DNA of 64,000 nucleotides from Octopus sinensis (taxonomy: Eukaryota), in the NCBI RefSeq assembly GCF_006345805.1, contig NC_043017.1:2852001-2916000 (forward strand). Reading direction: 5' to 3'. The notes under the pieces were generated by a model that was not told where the DNA came from, ran no database searches, and saw only the letters and a program-made list of their open reading frames with translations. The position numbers were made by a program, and so were the translations under genes. Of this stretch, positions 1-14,694 are shown piece by piece. Within the stretch, counting starts at the first letter, position 1. Each line of letters begins with the position of its first letter.

Positions 1-483
1 GTATACATATATATATATATATGTATACATACATGTGTGTATACATATACATATATATATGTATGTATACATATATATATATTTATATACATGTACATAT
101 ACATATATATATATATCTATACATATATATATGTATATATATGTATGTATGCATATATGTATGTATATACATATATATATATATATGTGTGTGTGTGCAT
201 CGATGGAAGTATGTATACTTTCACACACAATGCAATCACACGCATATACATGTGTATATGTAGATAAATTTATGAATTCATGTATATACGTATGTGTGTG
301 TAATTGTCCCCGCATGTATGCATGTGGCTGACTATTTGTAGGTATGAACACCTATGCGTATATGAATACACACACCCACATACAGACACAAACACAGACA
401 TATATACATACATACATTTATGCATGCCTATATATATAAATGCGTATATATGTATGTATATATATATATGTATGACGTTTATA

Positions 484-525
<42 letters not shown>

Positions 526-660
526 TAGACATGTATATATATATATTTATTATGATATGAATGATGATTGTATAATACTTAATGTGTGCATATATATGTA
601 GTGTATGTGTGTGTATGTATATAAAACATATGTATGGATGCTTATATGTATATTCCTCTT
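1..660. repeat. Compound (TA)/(TG)/(CA) microsatellite field
   Basis: Direct inspection. This repeat class produces most YI/CV/TH-rich ORFs in the track. Confidence 0.95.
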
Positions 661-1019
661 TGTGTGTATATCCACAGAAATTTAGAATATTTTGCAAAAA
701 AACTTGTATATTTGTCAGAACGTAAAAAAACTTTGTGTTGCATTCCGCTCAATAGATCTAAACTCACCCAACACCCTTCTCATTATTTTTTCCTCATGCA
801 ACAAAACTTGTTTCCCACGTAGGGAGCATTAAAAATCCAATATCTGAAAACATGAGAATGTAATTTCGAAACGGCCATAACATGTAATTACAAATGTTGC
901 AGAAAAATGGAATGAAATTTGCAGAATGTCAAGTTAGTACTTATTTGGAGAATTCTGTGTTTTTAGTGCACGTTCGTAGGCATCACAGTATTGTGAAAAC
1001 TGGCTTTTAACACTGACGA

Positions 1020-1215
1020 AGTGCCCAAAAATACTCGGGATCTGCTTAGCGGTATTTCGTCTGACGTTACGTTCTGAGTTCATTTTTCGACTTTGTCTTT
1101 CAACCTTGCGAGGTCAATTAAATAAGTACCAGTTACGCAATGGGGTCGATGTAATCGACTTAATCCCTTTGTCTGTCCTTGTTTGTCCCATGTGGGGAAT
1201 AAATAAATAAATAAA
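1020..1215 (+). mobile_element. SINE family B (tRNA-related head), partial
   Basis: GCTTAGCGGTATTTCGTCTGACGTTACGTTCTGAGTTC...AGTACCAGTTACGCAATGGGGTCGAT...; the family recurs many times in the window. Confidence 0.8.
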
Positions 1216-1380
1216 TACTCAGAAACTGCCGAAACACAAACTACAAAAAAATAATACCGACGAAGCCACTAATGTTGACTCGCCATAGCTGAGTGGATAA
1301 GCAGAACGCTTTGCAGCCCCGTGGCGGCGAGTTCAATCCCTCTGTACATCAACTTGTTTAAGTGTCTTTTACTATAGCCA

Positions 1381-1663
1381 CGGTCTCTTTATTAGTCTCT
1401 TAAGCCAAACCACCATGTTAGGAGGATATAAACACACCAGCATCGGTTGTCAAGCGATGTTTGGGGGACAAACGCAAACACACAAACACATACATATATA
1501 CGACGGGCTTCTTTCAGTTTCCGTCTACCAAATCCACTCACAATGCTTTGGTAGGCCTGAGGCTATAGTAGAAGACACTTGCCCAAGGTGCCACGCAGTG
1601 AGACTGAACCCGGAACCATGTGGTTGGTAAGCATGCTACTTACCACACTGCCACTCCTACGCC
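1381..1663 (-). mobile_element. SINE family A (tRNA-like head GGCGYAGGAGTGGCTGTGTGGTAAG)
   Basis: Near-identical to copies at 9803, 47643 and 49887; A/B-box-like head on the minus strand. Confidence 0.85.
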
Positions 1664-1704
1664 TTGCTGTTTTATAAAATGTTTTATTAACTTTTCAATT
1701 GCAG

Positions 1705-1794
1705 TAAATGAAATACCAACGGTGGAAGAACCAACACTTATATTACAGTCGACTAGTTTGCTGAAGTATATCTACACATATGAGGACAGGATGG
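1705..1794 (+). CDS. Candidate 90-nt phase-1/phase-1 exon
   Basis: Acceptor CTTTTCAATTGCAG and donor G|GTAAAG; frame NEIPTVEEPTLILQSTSLLKYIYTYEDRM. No homology recognised. Confidence 0.22.
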
Positions 1795-3879
1795 GTAAAG
1801 TTCACTTTGGATGGAGGGAGTTCTTCCTATGATTCTTCTCTGTGCCAAACTGCCTGCTCTTCCTACTGTTACGGATGTAAGTTTGGAATTTTCAAGTATC
1901 TTTCACTTGATGTACGTCGTTTTTATTCAAAATCCATCCTCGTTTCGCCCGAATGGTTACAGTAATCCCACTTGGATATTAAACGAAAGTTTGTGATTGT
2001 TGAACCTGCTCGAGCATGCTGTTTTAAGATGGGCGCGCATGAGACATGAGGAAACTTGACTATTGTTTCGAGCCGGTCCAATGATCAAATTCACACTTCA
2101 TCACTAGACAACAATTTTGATGAAATCAATATGGTATCGGCGTCCATTAACTTATTCTACTTGCTGTTTCTGACCGGATAAGGGAATAAAATAATAAAAT
2201 AGAAGGGTAAACATAATAAAAAAGCAAGGACACAGTAGCCAGTTTCCAGACAAATTCACAAAAAATTTATTCAGACAAAAGTAAGAAACTTTGAGGACAT
2301 AATTATAACTCTACGAAACAATCATTATTGAAGCAAACCATGTTGTATATTATATTTAGAACCCGTAAAAGTTGCACATTTAGAAACAAGTGTTAAAAAA
2401 AAAAAAGAAATTAAATTTTGAAAAGTTCATGAATATGAATATTTCAAAAGAGTAAAAGAAATAATATTGTTTCAGGAACATGTAAAAGGATTCGAATAAA
2501 TAAAGAACGAATTCTTGTTATCTTGTTCTTTCTTGAAAACTTGGAAGCAGAATATAGTAAAGGCAGATATGAGAAAAATCACGTTTTCACACCAATCCCT
2601 GAATTCAATTAACAACTCTTATCACCATGACTATACCACACTCGCACGTTTTCTAATTCCACATCTGTAATTAATTAATTAATTATTTAATTAATTACCT
2701 ATTAAATAATTAAAATTTTAAATACGTTCGTGTTTTTTTTTCCTCTTCTGAATTCTGCATTGTCTTTGGTTCAATAATGAAATTTGTAATTTCTTATCGT
2801 CTTGTCATTCATTCTCAAAATTGTGTCTGCTTAGCCTGCCACCAAAATATACACACACGAGCACAGACGTGGACACACAGACACACACGTACACACGCAC
2901 ATATACAGACTCACACGCGCAGACAGACGCACACTGAGAAGCATATTCGTACACTCGCTGACTCACAGATAGATGTGAGTATATACATGTACATATGTGT
3001 ATATATTTATACATATATTTATATGTATATATATGTATCTTTACACACGTAAACGCATGCATGCACACAAATGTATGTATGCTTGTATGTGTGTTTACGC
3101 AATGCATTTCTATTGAAATATACACAAGTAAATAACCTTATATATACGTATATATATAGCACATTAAAATTTGTGTGAGTATATATATATATAAACACAC
3201 ACATGCACGTATTTATTTATAATATATTGTTAATTACGTATGTCTCCGTACATATATGTGCATGTGCGTATGCACAAATGCATACGTGTGCGTATATATA
3301 TATATATATATATATAGATATATATATATATATATAATATACATATGCATGTACACACACACATGTATATATATATACATGTGTGTGTTTACATGCATAT
3401 GCATTGTGTATGCGCATGCGTCTCTGTGAGCAGACAACAGTGTCAATAATGACAATTTTGGAACAAGCATGAATTTCAAATAAAACATCGCTTCATTCAA
3501 ACAGTGAATATCTTACTGCTTTACAAATGGTGTTAACCCATAACCAGCCATCTTGTCACACCACTGTGCCTTCTGTGATGAACTGAGAGATGGAGAGAAG
3601 TCGTGCGATATCCATTAAGTTCTGAAATGCTTTGGAAATGTTAGTTACTAGAGTCTCGATAGGATGTCTTGTTACATCTCTTGTGAATTTAAGGTGATTT
3701 ATTGTGACTGAAGTTGTGCTTGGTACTGCGTGGAGATTACTGACTTGAAGTGCGCAGAGGTTTCTGCCGGCTGTTGTCTTATAAAGTCTTGTGGTGATTG
3801 CCTCCATCTCTTTTACTGAGTATACGGTCAAACAAGGAAAGTAAATTTGTCTTGTTCAATAGTAATATCGGTTTTAAAT

Positions 3880-4060
3880 TTTGGGAGAAGACCAGCATTT
3901 TCGAAGGAGGGCATAAGTCGATTACACTGACTCAAGTCCTCAACTTGGTACTTCTTTTATCGATCCTAAAAGGGTGAAGGGCAAAGTCGGCCGCATTGGA
4001 ATATGAACTCGGAATGTAAAGACGGCCGAAGTGCCGCTAAGCATTTTGGCCAGCGTGCGT
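3880..4060 (-). mobile_element. SINE family B
   Basis: Reverse complement of the family B body (GTCGATTACACTGAC...CGATCCTAAAAGGGTGAAGGGCAAAGTCG...GAACTC). Confidence 0.7.
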
Positions 4061-5879
4061 CTTGTATTCAATAGCAATATCAATGCGTGTATCAGAAGTA
4101 TTTTTGAATCAAAGCTGTTCTACGTTCTTTTCCTGGTTGTGTAGTCAGTCCAGATGTAGTCTTCTAGAGACGAACCTCAGCCCATCTGCGTACATGCCTA
4201 AACAGTCTTGACGCTTTATCGCTTTATCTCTCTACACTTCTGTACCAGTCTTCGAAGCTTTTAACCTCGGACGAGCCATATGCTGTCTTTAAGAAAAACC
4301 CACCCTGCTGTGGTCTTACAGCCACAAGTAGCCACCAGCTCTTTTCTAACATTTTCTGAAACACATATTTCAACTTCAACCAGAACACATGTAAAAGAAC
4401 CTTGGGCCTGCACATAGCATCCACTCCTACTTGCCATAACATATACCAACATTTAAGAAAGACCATGACCAAATGCACTTATTGTGGTACCTTGCTACAT
4501 ATCATACTACATATTATAAGTATTTTATTTATTAATAAATAAGTTCCAGCTAAGTTACCAAGAAGACAGACAGGTATTTCTTCTACACGTTTCAATTTCG
4601 ACCCATGATGACATTTGAAGTATTAATTTCGTCCAATTTACCGATCTTTTAACTTCTTTCGTTAATTATAAAATTACTCTACTCTATAATTAATCGGGCA
4701 TCTTTTGTAGTAGGTGTCTTTCTTGTATTTCTTCGAAATGTTTCCTTTTTTTCTGCTGTGGGATGTTTCTTTTATTTCTCTATCCTCATTGAGTTGTTTT
4801 TCTATTTCGAGTAAACGATTTGTGTTTAATAAATTATATTTTTTTGCTGATTTCTCTGATCTGTAGAGGTCTAGCAGCAATTAGCTCTTTTAAATATTAT
4901 ATTATTTACAATATTTCTTACTTCAAATTTTTATTATATATTATTTTAACTTTCTTTTTATATAAATAGCTGCGCGGCTTCAGTCTGCCTGTAGATATAA
5001 TTAAATACATAAGGGTTTTGTGGAAAACATTTCTGGATATTATTTCCCCGTGTTAATCCATCATTGATCTAATAATTTCGTTTTATTTTCCTTGGCTTTT
5101 TACTTATTCTGCTCTCCGTTACGTTGTATATTATACTTAAATCATTTATTACCATTTCCACAATCATAACGAATACAATGTTACTATCAGTCCAAATATG
5201 CTTGGTGCATGTTCGAACTGGGGAACAAGCTACTCACTGCGTTTTGTCACAGAGAATATGTCTCACATATTGACAAATGGTGTATTTGCACTCCTAGATC
5301 AGCTCGCAGCGGCTAACAAATGTCTCCAGTACGTGCATAAAGTGTCCATCCACTCTACATCCATTATAAATATCGTTACAAAAATATGCATCTGTTAGGA
5401 GTTTTAACCTTTCCGCTAATGAAGATATTCTTGATAATTACGGAGAATGTTAAACGAAGCCTTACGGAGGAGTGTTTACAAGGAGGGAATTTAACAAATC
5501 ATAGATCCTTTATTAAAGCGCCCACTTAATGACTATAGGATTAATGATGCAACGAATAAAAGCTATTTAATGAAAAGCATAGCGAGTAAGCTAAACAATA
5601 CGCCAAACAGAAGCAGTAATTCTTCCCATACTCTCAAACATAATAACTTATTAACTTAGTCTAAAAGAAGACCTACAACTGATGGAGTTGATGCTGATTA
5701 CTTGCATATGAGGGATAAACCTCATTCGGATGATAATTACTCGTCGTATAATAGAGGGTAATTTATTACGTGATAAACTGAATAATGTTTAACTAAACAC
5801 TTTCGATTGAGATACGCTATGGTATGATAATGAAAACAGTGGCAAATGGGGTACCGTATAGTTAGCGGTTTGGACGCTT

Positions 5880-6520
5880 TCTCGAACGCATCAATTACAA
5901 GAAGAACAATTGTCACTCACAAATAACTTACACTTTCTGCTACGTCCTAAGATTTTTCAGTTTTCATTATATCTAATGTCTTATGGGATTGCGTGGTCAA
6001 TGATTATTCGTATTCACGATTATATCTGGTCGTCTTATTATAATTAGTCTTTACTGAGAAATCCCATAATATCCCTCAGTTATCAGTCACCATACAGCAT
6101 TTCATTCGTGAGCCATCACTTCAAACCCACAGACTTGACGAACATCTTTTTAAGCATGTTTACCAGTATCACCATGCTTGCTATAACATTGCTTTTTTCC
6201 TGCCAGATTACTGCGATCACTCGAAAGATACTGAACACTTTCGTCCCCTACTCCACATAACCTGCGTTTGCTGTATGACTGTGTATTATGACTACTTATC
6301 GTTACTAAATTTACTCCAATGGATTGTTACTTTGCAGTGATAAGAAACGATTCTCCTTTATATTTCAAGTTTCTTTCCATCTATGAGACACAAGCAACAT
6401 TCTTCAGTTCTAACATTCTGGATTCTGTTTATTTCTAATTTTCTCCAATAATTTTTATATTTCAATTCATAACAATGTTGGATTTGTCATGACCAATGTA
6501 TTATCTTACCTGTCTGAGAG
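5880..6520 (-). mobile_element. Decayed RLE-type LINE (R4/Dong/NeSL-like) C-terminus: zinc knuckle plus restriction-like endonuclease
   Basis: Minus-strand remnants RLCGVGDESVQYLSS..LAGK (CCHC knuckle relic), LWDFSVKT, RRPDIIV and IDHAIP*D match the CRxC..ETxxH / ILWDFxIQTD / RRPDIVV / IIDxAxPxD order. Confidence 0.7.
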
Positions 6521-6704
6521 CTTACATGTTTGAAAGTTTAACTGAAGATGGTGAATGAAACGGTAGGTTATAATCTATGAATATACTAATACAATACTGC
6601 AGAAAGAATTGTCGTAAGTTATGTGTGTGTATATACTGTGTGCGTGCGTGTATGAATAGATACACAATACATATATATATGTATATATAAATATATATAC
6701 ATGT

Positions 6705-6952
6705 GGAGGCGCGTACCTTAGTGGTTAGGGTGTCAGCATCATGATCGTAAGATTGTGGTTTCGATTCCTGGATCGGGTGACGCGTTTGGTTCTTGAGCAA
6801 AACATTGCATTTCACTTTCACTTGCTTCAGTGCACTCAGCTGGCATAAATGAGGAACGCTACGATGGACTGGCGTCCCGTCCAGCTGGAGAACATATACA
6901 CCACAGAAACCAGGAAAGCGGGCCCATGAACCTGGCTAGGCTTTAAAAGGGC
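6705..6952 (+). mobile_element. SINE family C (tRNA head GGAGGCGCG..TTAGTGGTTAGGG..GGTTTCGATTCC)
   Basis: A and B boxes followed by non-tRNA body; reverse-complement copies at 27085-27330 and ~50340-50525. Confidence 0.8.
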
Positions 6953-7023
6953 GTATATATTTATTTATATGCAAATACACATTAATACATGCATACATAT
7001 ATACATACATTTATATATGTATA

Positions 7024-7083
<60 letters not shown>

Positions 7084-7314
7084 TTATATATATATTATTT
7101 ATTCCACGGAGAAGTTATACTAGTAACACATGAGCTGTGGGTTTCCTGTTTGGCACATACCAAAATTACTGCTACATGGCATGCGAGAAAGCCTCATCCC
7201 TTCAGCAGGTTTTGTAAATTTTTTCAGCATCTTCATTATGATGTATTTGTGTAAGTTTATATATTTGGTGAGGGCTTGAATGAATGTGTGTGTGTGAACG
7301 CGTGTGAATGAATG

Positions 7315-7348
<34 letters not shown>

Positions 7349-8145
7349 TAATTATGTGTATATGTGTGTGTTACTGTAAGTATAGATTCCATTAATCAGA
7401 GCATAGAATATACGTTCCGTTCATATATTCAAGCACACATGTATAGGCCGATGCGTCATGTTGACATTATGCGACACTCACGCATATGCAAATATATGCA
7501 AATATACACATATAAGTATATTAACGTATAGGATGTTAGATATACATAATCAATTCCATGTACCTGCTTTTATGAAAGCCCGCATGTCTGTTTGAACGTT
7601 CGCGTATCCTTTATGTGTATATACATACATACATACATGCACATACATATATAAATATATATATATATATTTATATATATATAATATATTATATATATAT
7701 TATATTAGATAATATATATATACATATATTATATAATATATATATATGTATGTATGTATGTATTTATTGATAGGCACTTGATGTCACATAGAATGTTCCA
7801 CTATATCAAAGCCTATTAGCTATTCAACTCAATTTTGTGTTGATACGTTTTTTATTTCTATGTATGTATGTACATATATGTATGCATATATGAATGCATA
7901 TATGTGTGTGTGCCTGTGTTTGTGTGTACATATATATATATATAAATGCATACACATATACATATATATGTGTATATATGTACAAAGAAATATATATTTA
8001 GTTGTGTATATATATAGTTGTGTATGTATAAATATATGTATATATATATATGTATATAAATGTAATATATATATATACATTTATATATATATGTAATATC
8101 TCTCTATGTATGTATATACATGTATATATATATATGTATATTATG

Positions 8146-8188
<43 letters not shown>

Positions 8189-8242
8189 ATATATCTTTCC
8201 CTCTATATATGTATATGTATATATATATATAAATATATATGT

Positions 8243-8309
<67 letters not shown>

Positions 8310-9454
8310 ATAGGCAGACAGTGGGTAGAGAGACAGAGACAGATATATAGATTCTTACATGAAGAGGCCAATTGGAACCAATTTATTCACTATCATTAAA
8401 ATATTTTAACTGGATAAACACAGGATACGTTCGGGATTCTGATACAAAGATACAAAAACATAAACAAAATGAAGAACGGACTAAATAAAATGTAGAAAAC
8501 GAAACGGAACGAAACCCCAAGTAGATTGAATATCTAATGCATGTATAATGATGTGATCCGCTCATTATATTTATGTTTCTCCTCTTTACGTTTCCTTTCT
8601 TTCTTGTCGTTTTACAGAATACTCTTTGCAAAGAAACTTTCTTTTCCTTCGATATATTATAACGATAAGTTAATCATGGCTTGGTGGTGCCGTTTAATTG
8701 GGATATGAACCCATTGGTTTGAGCCTCCAGCTAAACCACTCATTCGTTTTTACCAAAATGTCCTCACAAAGACCAGCCACAGCGAATCAGTCAGGTGCGG
8801 TTCGTACTTAATCCGTCACGTAGCTTTTGATTAGGTGACATCAAACGGAATTTTTTTTTTTCATTTCACGAGCGTTCTGTTGTTGCTTTCCTACAGATAT
8901 CGTCTAACATCTTCATAATGATATCATCTGAAGGAATTATTGTCAAATATTAAGGAAACGTCTGTGTGAGCCCCTATAAATATTTGAAGAAGATAAGCCA
9001 CCAGTAAAGTGACAATTAAGCTTCCAGAAATGCTTCATTCTTTATTATTAAATATAACGTACATCAGCGCACACAAAATGTAAGTTTTTAATATTGTATC
9101 GCTTTTCATTTAATAACTTCTAGCACACACACTCTTTCACCGTGTGGGCTTGTCTTCAAGTGTAGAAATTATAGATGCGTGCGTGCATGCGTGCTTGCCG
9201 GCGCACGTATGTGTGTGTGTGTGTGTATGTGTCAATGGCGTAGCGGGCTGGCGTAAGAGTAATTCGAGAAAGGAAACAATTATGCTCTGCATAAAAATCG
9301 ATTTTACTGTGACAATACAGAGAAGAGCGGAAAATGAATGATATATTTATTTTGGGTATTCATACACACACACACACAAACACACGCACACGCACGCACG
9401 CACACATACATACATACATAGATATTTATATATATAATATATATATTTCATATA

Positions 9455-9485
<31 letters not shown>

Positions 9486-9769
9486 CATACATACACCGGT
9501 ATAGACCCACAAAAACACACGCATATACTCAAAATACATGCTAAATTGGTAAATGGTAAATGTATTGTTAGTGAGGAGTCCGATAGGGTTCTTTACAAAG
9601 GAGATATTAGGGTTTTATAGATTTATATCATATAGATTCTACCTCAATTAGAAATACAAACCATGACACATACATTCGTATATACATGCATATATGCATC
9701 TGTCTCTGTCTGTCTGTCTCTCTGTCTCTCTGTCTATATATGCAGTTATACATTCATGTATATATATAT

Positions 9770-9802
<33 letters not shown>

Positions 9803-9805
<3 letters not shown>

Positions 9806-10185
9806 TCTTTTACTCTTTTACTCTTTTTACTTGTTTCAGTCATTGACTGCGGCCATGCTGGAGCACCGCCTTTAATCGAGCAACTCAACCCCGGGACTTA
9901 CTCTTTGTAAGCCCAGTACTTATTATATCGGTCTCTTGTGCCGAACCGCTAATTAACGGGGACATTGTCAAGCAATGCTGTGGGGACAAACACAGACACA
10001 CAAACATATACATATACATATATACGACGGGCTTCTTTCAGTTTCCGCCAACAAAATCCACTTACAAGGCTTTGGTCGGCCCGAGGCTATAGTAGAAGAC
10101 ACTTGCCCAAGGTGCCACGCAGTGGGACTGAACCCGGAACCATGTGGTTGGCAAACAAGCTACTTACCACACAGCCACTCCTGCA

Positions 10186-10187
<2 letters not shown>
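9803..10187 (-). mobile_element. SINE family A, near full length
   Basis: Head at the 10187 end, internal CA/TA stretch, and a (TACTCTTT)n tail at 9803. Confidence 0.9.
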
Positions 10188-10227
<40 letters not shown>

Positions 10228-11399
10228 AGATATATATATATATATATAGTTATACATACATATATACATTCATACATACATGTATGTGTGTATTTAGTGT
10301 ATTTGTGTTTGTGCCCGTGTGCATTTGTATGTGTGTGCGTAAGTAGTCGAGACAAATGCGACATTGCCTCACATCCCTCCTTATTAGATTAATTTCTGAA
10401 AATCATAGAATTAGGGAACCGGTAAGTAATTGTAACTAAACGTTCTGAAAAGCAGCCAAGTTTGTTCTCCACTTCTATTTTCGGGAAAGATGAAATCTCC
10501 CCATTGCTGTCCTTAGACAATTTCTTTCTTTTGGTGCCAAAACAAAAGGGCCACCGTAAACTGGTTAACAGCTATAGATTAATAGACATTGATTATGGAA
10601 TATTTCGTGTTTATATGTAAGGCTATTCTTACCAAGTCACATGGAATGATATGCAGCGTATGTGTGCGCGTGCGCTCCTGTGCGTGAGTGTACCTGTCTC
10701 TATGTGTGTACATGTTTGTTGTGTGTGCACGTGTGAGTAATCTTGATTTCAAATTTTGGCACAAGGCCAGCAATTTCACAGGAGATAATAGGTGATTATA
10801 TCAACCGCAGTGCGCAAACTGATACTTATTTTATCGACCCCGAAAGGCGTGTGAGTAATATTCTGATGTATTACACCGTAATTTGGTTTTTGAATTTTAA
10901 ATTACAGCACGTGGTATATACGTACTATAAATTTTCACTTATCCTCCAGAAATATTTTATCTATTCTTCTCTGTAAGAAATGCTAAACATTTAATTGATG
11001 CTCTTTTCGGAATATGACCAAATTACATCGTGACTTGCCATAAAAAAGAAATGTTTTCTTATTATTATCCAGAATGTGTAAATGCATGAGACATTTAGAA
11101 ATAAGTCCCTGGCGTTTGCACTCGCTAAATACATTTACAGTGTGTGCCATATAGATATACACAAACTGCATGGACTTATCGAGATCGCATGATGATTGAG
11201 AACTTGAAGAAGTGGATAGTTTATGGAGTTCACAGTTTTAGCTGGTGGCCTACAGAGAAAAGAAGTTGTTATCTCTACAATGAATAGGATGCATAGACAA
11301 GGATAACAGCTATAGGGAGATAATGTAATATTCCTGGTACGTAAAGCCTGCAGTGATCAAATTTGCGAAATAGTTTCTCTGGAGTTGAGAGAGAAGATG

Positions 11400-12560
11400 G
11401 TTAACAGCGGTTGTTGGTGTTGATGAAGAGAATTTATAAGTATAGAATAGATTTATATAGTAACAGAGAAAAAGATCAGTGTAGATGCTACTCAGTAGAT
11501 TAGAAAAGCCTGTTAGAAATTGTATGCTACTAGTGAAAATGTCACTCGACAAATTCTTTGTCATCAAGTACAACGGTTATGTAGTTAAATATACGAGGGT
11601 AGGAGAAGCGTTGGGTGTGCTCGGGTGGAAATGACAAGAGGTCGTGAAAATATTACATTAAGCAGAAGACGTGCGCTTTAAGCTTCAAATTAGATTGCAT
11701 GCGTTCTGTTGCAGCAGTTTGTAGAAATGTTTGTACCTAGCTCTACGGTTTGTCGTGCTGCACTGCAGAAAATATGGACTGGTGTAAAAAAGGGGATAAC
11801 AATATGTAAGCTGAGCTTACCAGTGAATATGGATATTACTGGAATGCAAAGTGTTGCGGTTGTCTTTTGTGAGACAAGTTTTTCTATAGAAGATTCTGTT
11901 GTAAGCGAAGACTACAGCTGAACGGTCGAAATATTGTTAGACATTTGCAATTTACTACTTGGTGGTTCGTCAAGCTTTATATTCTGAAATGAGACAATGG
12001 AGGTGAAGGAACTGGATGTTCTCAGAGCTCCGGTAATAAACGTATGCAGAAGCTCATTCGGAAGGACTAACAACAGACAATTCTCAATTTCTATGGTGAG
12101 GCAGCAATCGCAATGGTGCTGAGGTTCGAGATCATCTTTAATGTTCTGTAGCACCCACGGTATTGGAAATATGCAAAGGGCGCCGAAAAGTTCTACAGAT
12201 ACGGAGACTTGTTTTCAAGCATTACTAACTTGTATTATGTCAAAGCAGCTGTTAACACTGCCGGGATGATCTGCCTCTTAGATGTGCCTATCGTGAAGAC
12301 CAACCCGCCTTTCTCTGGTTTGGAATGAGGAACTGTTTTTCACAGCCTGGTTGTTTAGGGAAAAGGAATTATATGTAAGATAAAATTCAACGAATTGTAG
12401 ATGCTTCTCTCTTCGAGCAGATCCCACTAACATCTTGCCAATGCACATAGAAAAACTTGAGGGTGAGTTAGTAAATGCTGTTCCACTGTGAATTTGAGGA
12501 TTAGTGAGTGAGACCCCAAGAATGGCCAGGGAAATTAATCTTATTCATGTTATATACCTG
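11400..12560 (-). mobile_element. Decayed Penelope-like retroelement (RT C-terminus toward GIY-YIG region)
   Basis: Broken minus-strand frames give LKFTVE (~12480-12500), FYLTYNSF, KNSSSFQTRERR and SSNIHI, in the order of the PLE motifs LKFTxE, YLxYxSxHP, KxSIPYSQxxRxRR and SSNxIY. Confidence 0.5.
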
Positions 12561-12589
12561 TAGGTCGAAAACCCAGTGGGTACAATATG

Positions 12590-12737
12590 TTTGCTCGTAG
12601 ATGTCTTGGTGGTAGTTCTGGACCGGTAATATACTTTCAATGAGCAAATTTTGTTTGGCACCTTCGGCAAATGTTTTCTAATATAGCATCGGACCTTGTG
12701 AGTGGGTTTGGTAGACGGAAAGTGAAAGAAGCCTGTC

Positions 12738-12789
<52 letters not shown>

Positions 12790-13075
12790 GATATATATAT
12801 ACATTCTACTATAGCCTCAGACCGACCAAAACCCCGTGAGTGGATTTTGTTGACGGAAACTGAAAGAAGCTCGTTGTATGTATATATGTATATATGTATG
12901 TGTGTGTATATGTTTCAATGTCGATTAGCAACCGATCCTGGAGACCGATAGAATAAGTACTAGGCTTACAAAAGAATAAGTCCCAAGGTCGATTTGCTCG
13001 ACTATAGGCGGTGCTCCAGCATTGCCGTAGTCAGATGACTGAGACAAGAAAAGGAATAAAAGAATAAAAGAATAA
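12590..13075 (+). mobile_element. SINE family A fragments (two partial units separated by (TA)n)
   Basis: GTGAGTGGGTTTGGTAGACGGAAAGTGAAAGAAGCC at ~12700 and again at ~12840-12870, then the 3' half to the (AAAAGAAT)n tail. Confidence 0.75.
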
Positions 13076-13338
13076 AAGAATGCGCGTGTGTAGTAAAAGG
13101 GAGAGGTCGAATTCTTTGAACATTTCTGTACTTATGTGTAGTTGCCTGCTTTTTAGATCATTAAAACATAATTGCTACAGGCTAAATTAGCTTTATGGAT
13201 TGGGTGTTACTATGTACACAATTACACACACATACATACATCCATCCATCCATCCATACATACATACATACATCCATACATACATACATACATACATACA
13301 TACATACATACATACATGCATCCATCCATACATACATA

Positions 13339-13375
<37 letters not shown>

Positions 13376-13620
13376 TCACAGAGAGAAAATGAAACCACTC
13401 CGAGGATTTCACACGCGTAAATACGTGAGCACACATACAAAGACACACATCGAGTCGTATAAACTGATTGATATGTTGTATACTAGTATATGTATGTCTA
13501 CACGCACACACACAAATACCCACATACAGACACAAACACACACACTCACTACACACTTATACACACAATCACTATCACAAATAGTAAAATCATGTATATA
13601 TATGAATATATATATACATA

Positions 13621-13659
<39 letters not shown>

Positions 13660-14524
13660 CATACACTCACACACATGTATATATATATATATATTTATAT
13701 ATACATACATATATATATATACATTTATGTATAGAAACTGATTGGTATAGCGTGTATATATACTTGCAAGCGTGCATGGTTATCTATATAGACACACACA
13801 AATATGTACACTCAGGCCGACTTACATTCATTCAAATTCATACACACAAACACAAACATGGATGGAAACACATGTAGATGCACTCGTACATTCACACATC
13901 CTTGCATGCGTACATACATTCATACAAGTACGAACACACACACACACACACACACAGGCTTTGCGTATAGTGCATACGTGGCCAAACACTATAAGAATGG
14001 AGGTATAAAAGCTCATGGAATGTAAACAATACTAACAACACCCTTAAGAGAACGTAACTGAACATATTCCATGTAACTCTATTATCTAGCAGAGCCAGCC
14101 CTGGATATTACAGTGGCCGAGCAATTAAGATAAAATGGCAACGAAAGTCCCTAGAGCTTCTAACGTACATGTTCGGTGGCATTTATTCTTCCTTCTGCAT
14201 TAAGTGAAATGTCTGTCTATTATACTCTCTATGTTCTCCTATAGAATGCCAATGTCATTTTCCAATGATAAAAAAATATGTGACCTTCCATTTCCTACTT
14301 GCTAAAGCACTCATCCTTCGGGGGGTTTTGTGATTATGAAGATATCAATTCACATTAAAAATATATATACATAAAAAAGCCAACAACAACAACCGCCCAT
14401 CCCCTTAAAATACCGATCTACAGAAACTACAAATAATATAAGCTTTGATCCTTCGATTATTTCAGACTGTTTTCAGGGTTTGTTATTTCGTTTGTGGGCA
14501 TATATGGTTTCTGCTCTGGTTCTT

Positions 14525-14547
14525 CTTGTTATTATTATTATTATTGC

Positions 14548-14589
<42 letters not shown>

Positions 14590-14598
14590 CATATTATT

Positions 14599-14694
<96 letters not shown>

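Noticed and set aside
3556-3831. 91 aa minus-strand ORF in unique-looking DNA
   Set aside because: Protein-like, but I recognise no domain and see no clean splice pair; it may be an unclassified TE relic.
4224-4478. 84 aa minus-strand ORF
   Set aside because: No recognisable motif; probably a decayed repeat.
7485-7506. Tandem ATGCAAAT octamer motifs
   Set aside because: Embedded in an AT/CA microsatellite-like context where the motif arises easily by chance.
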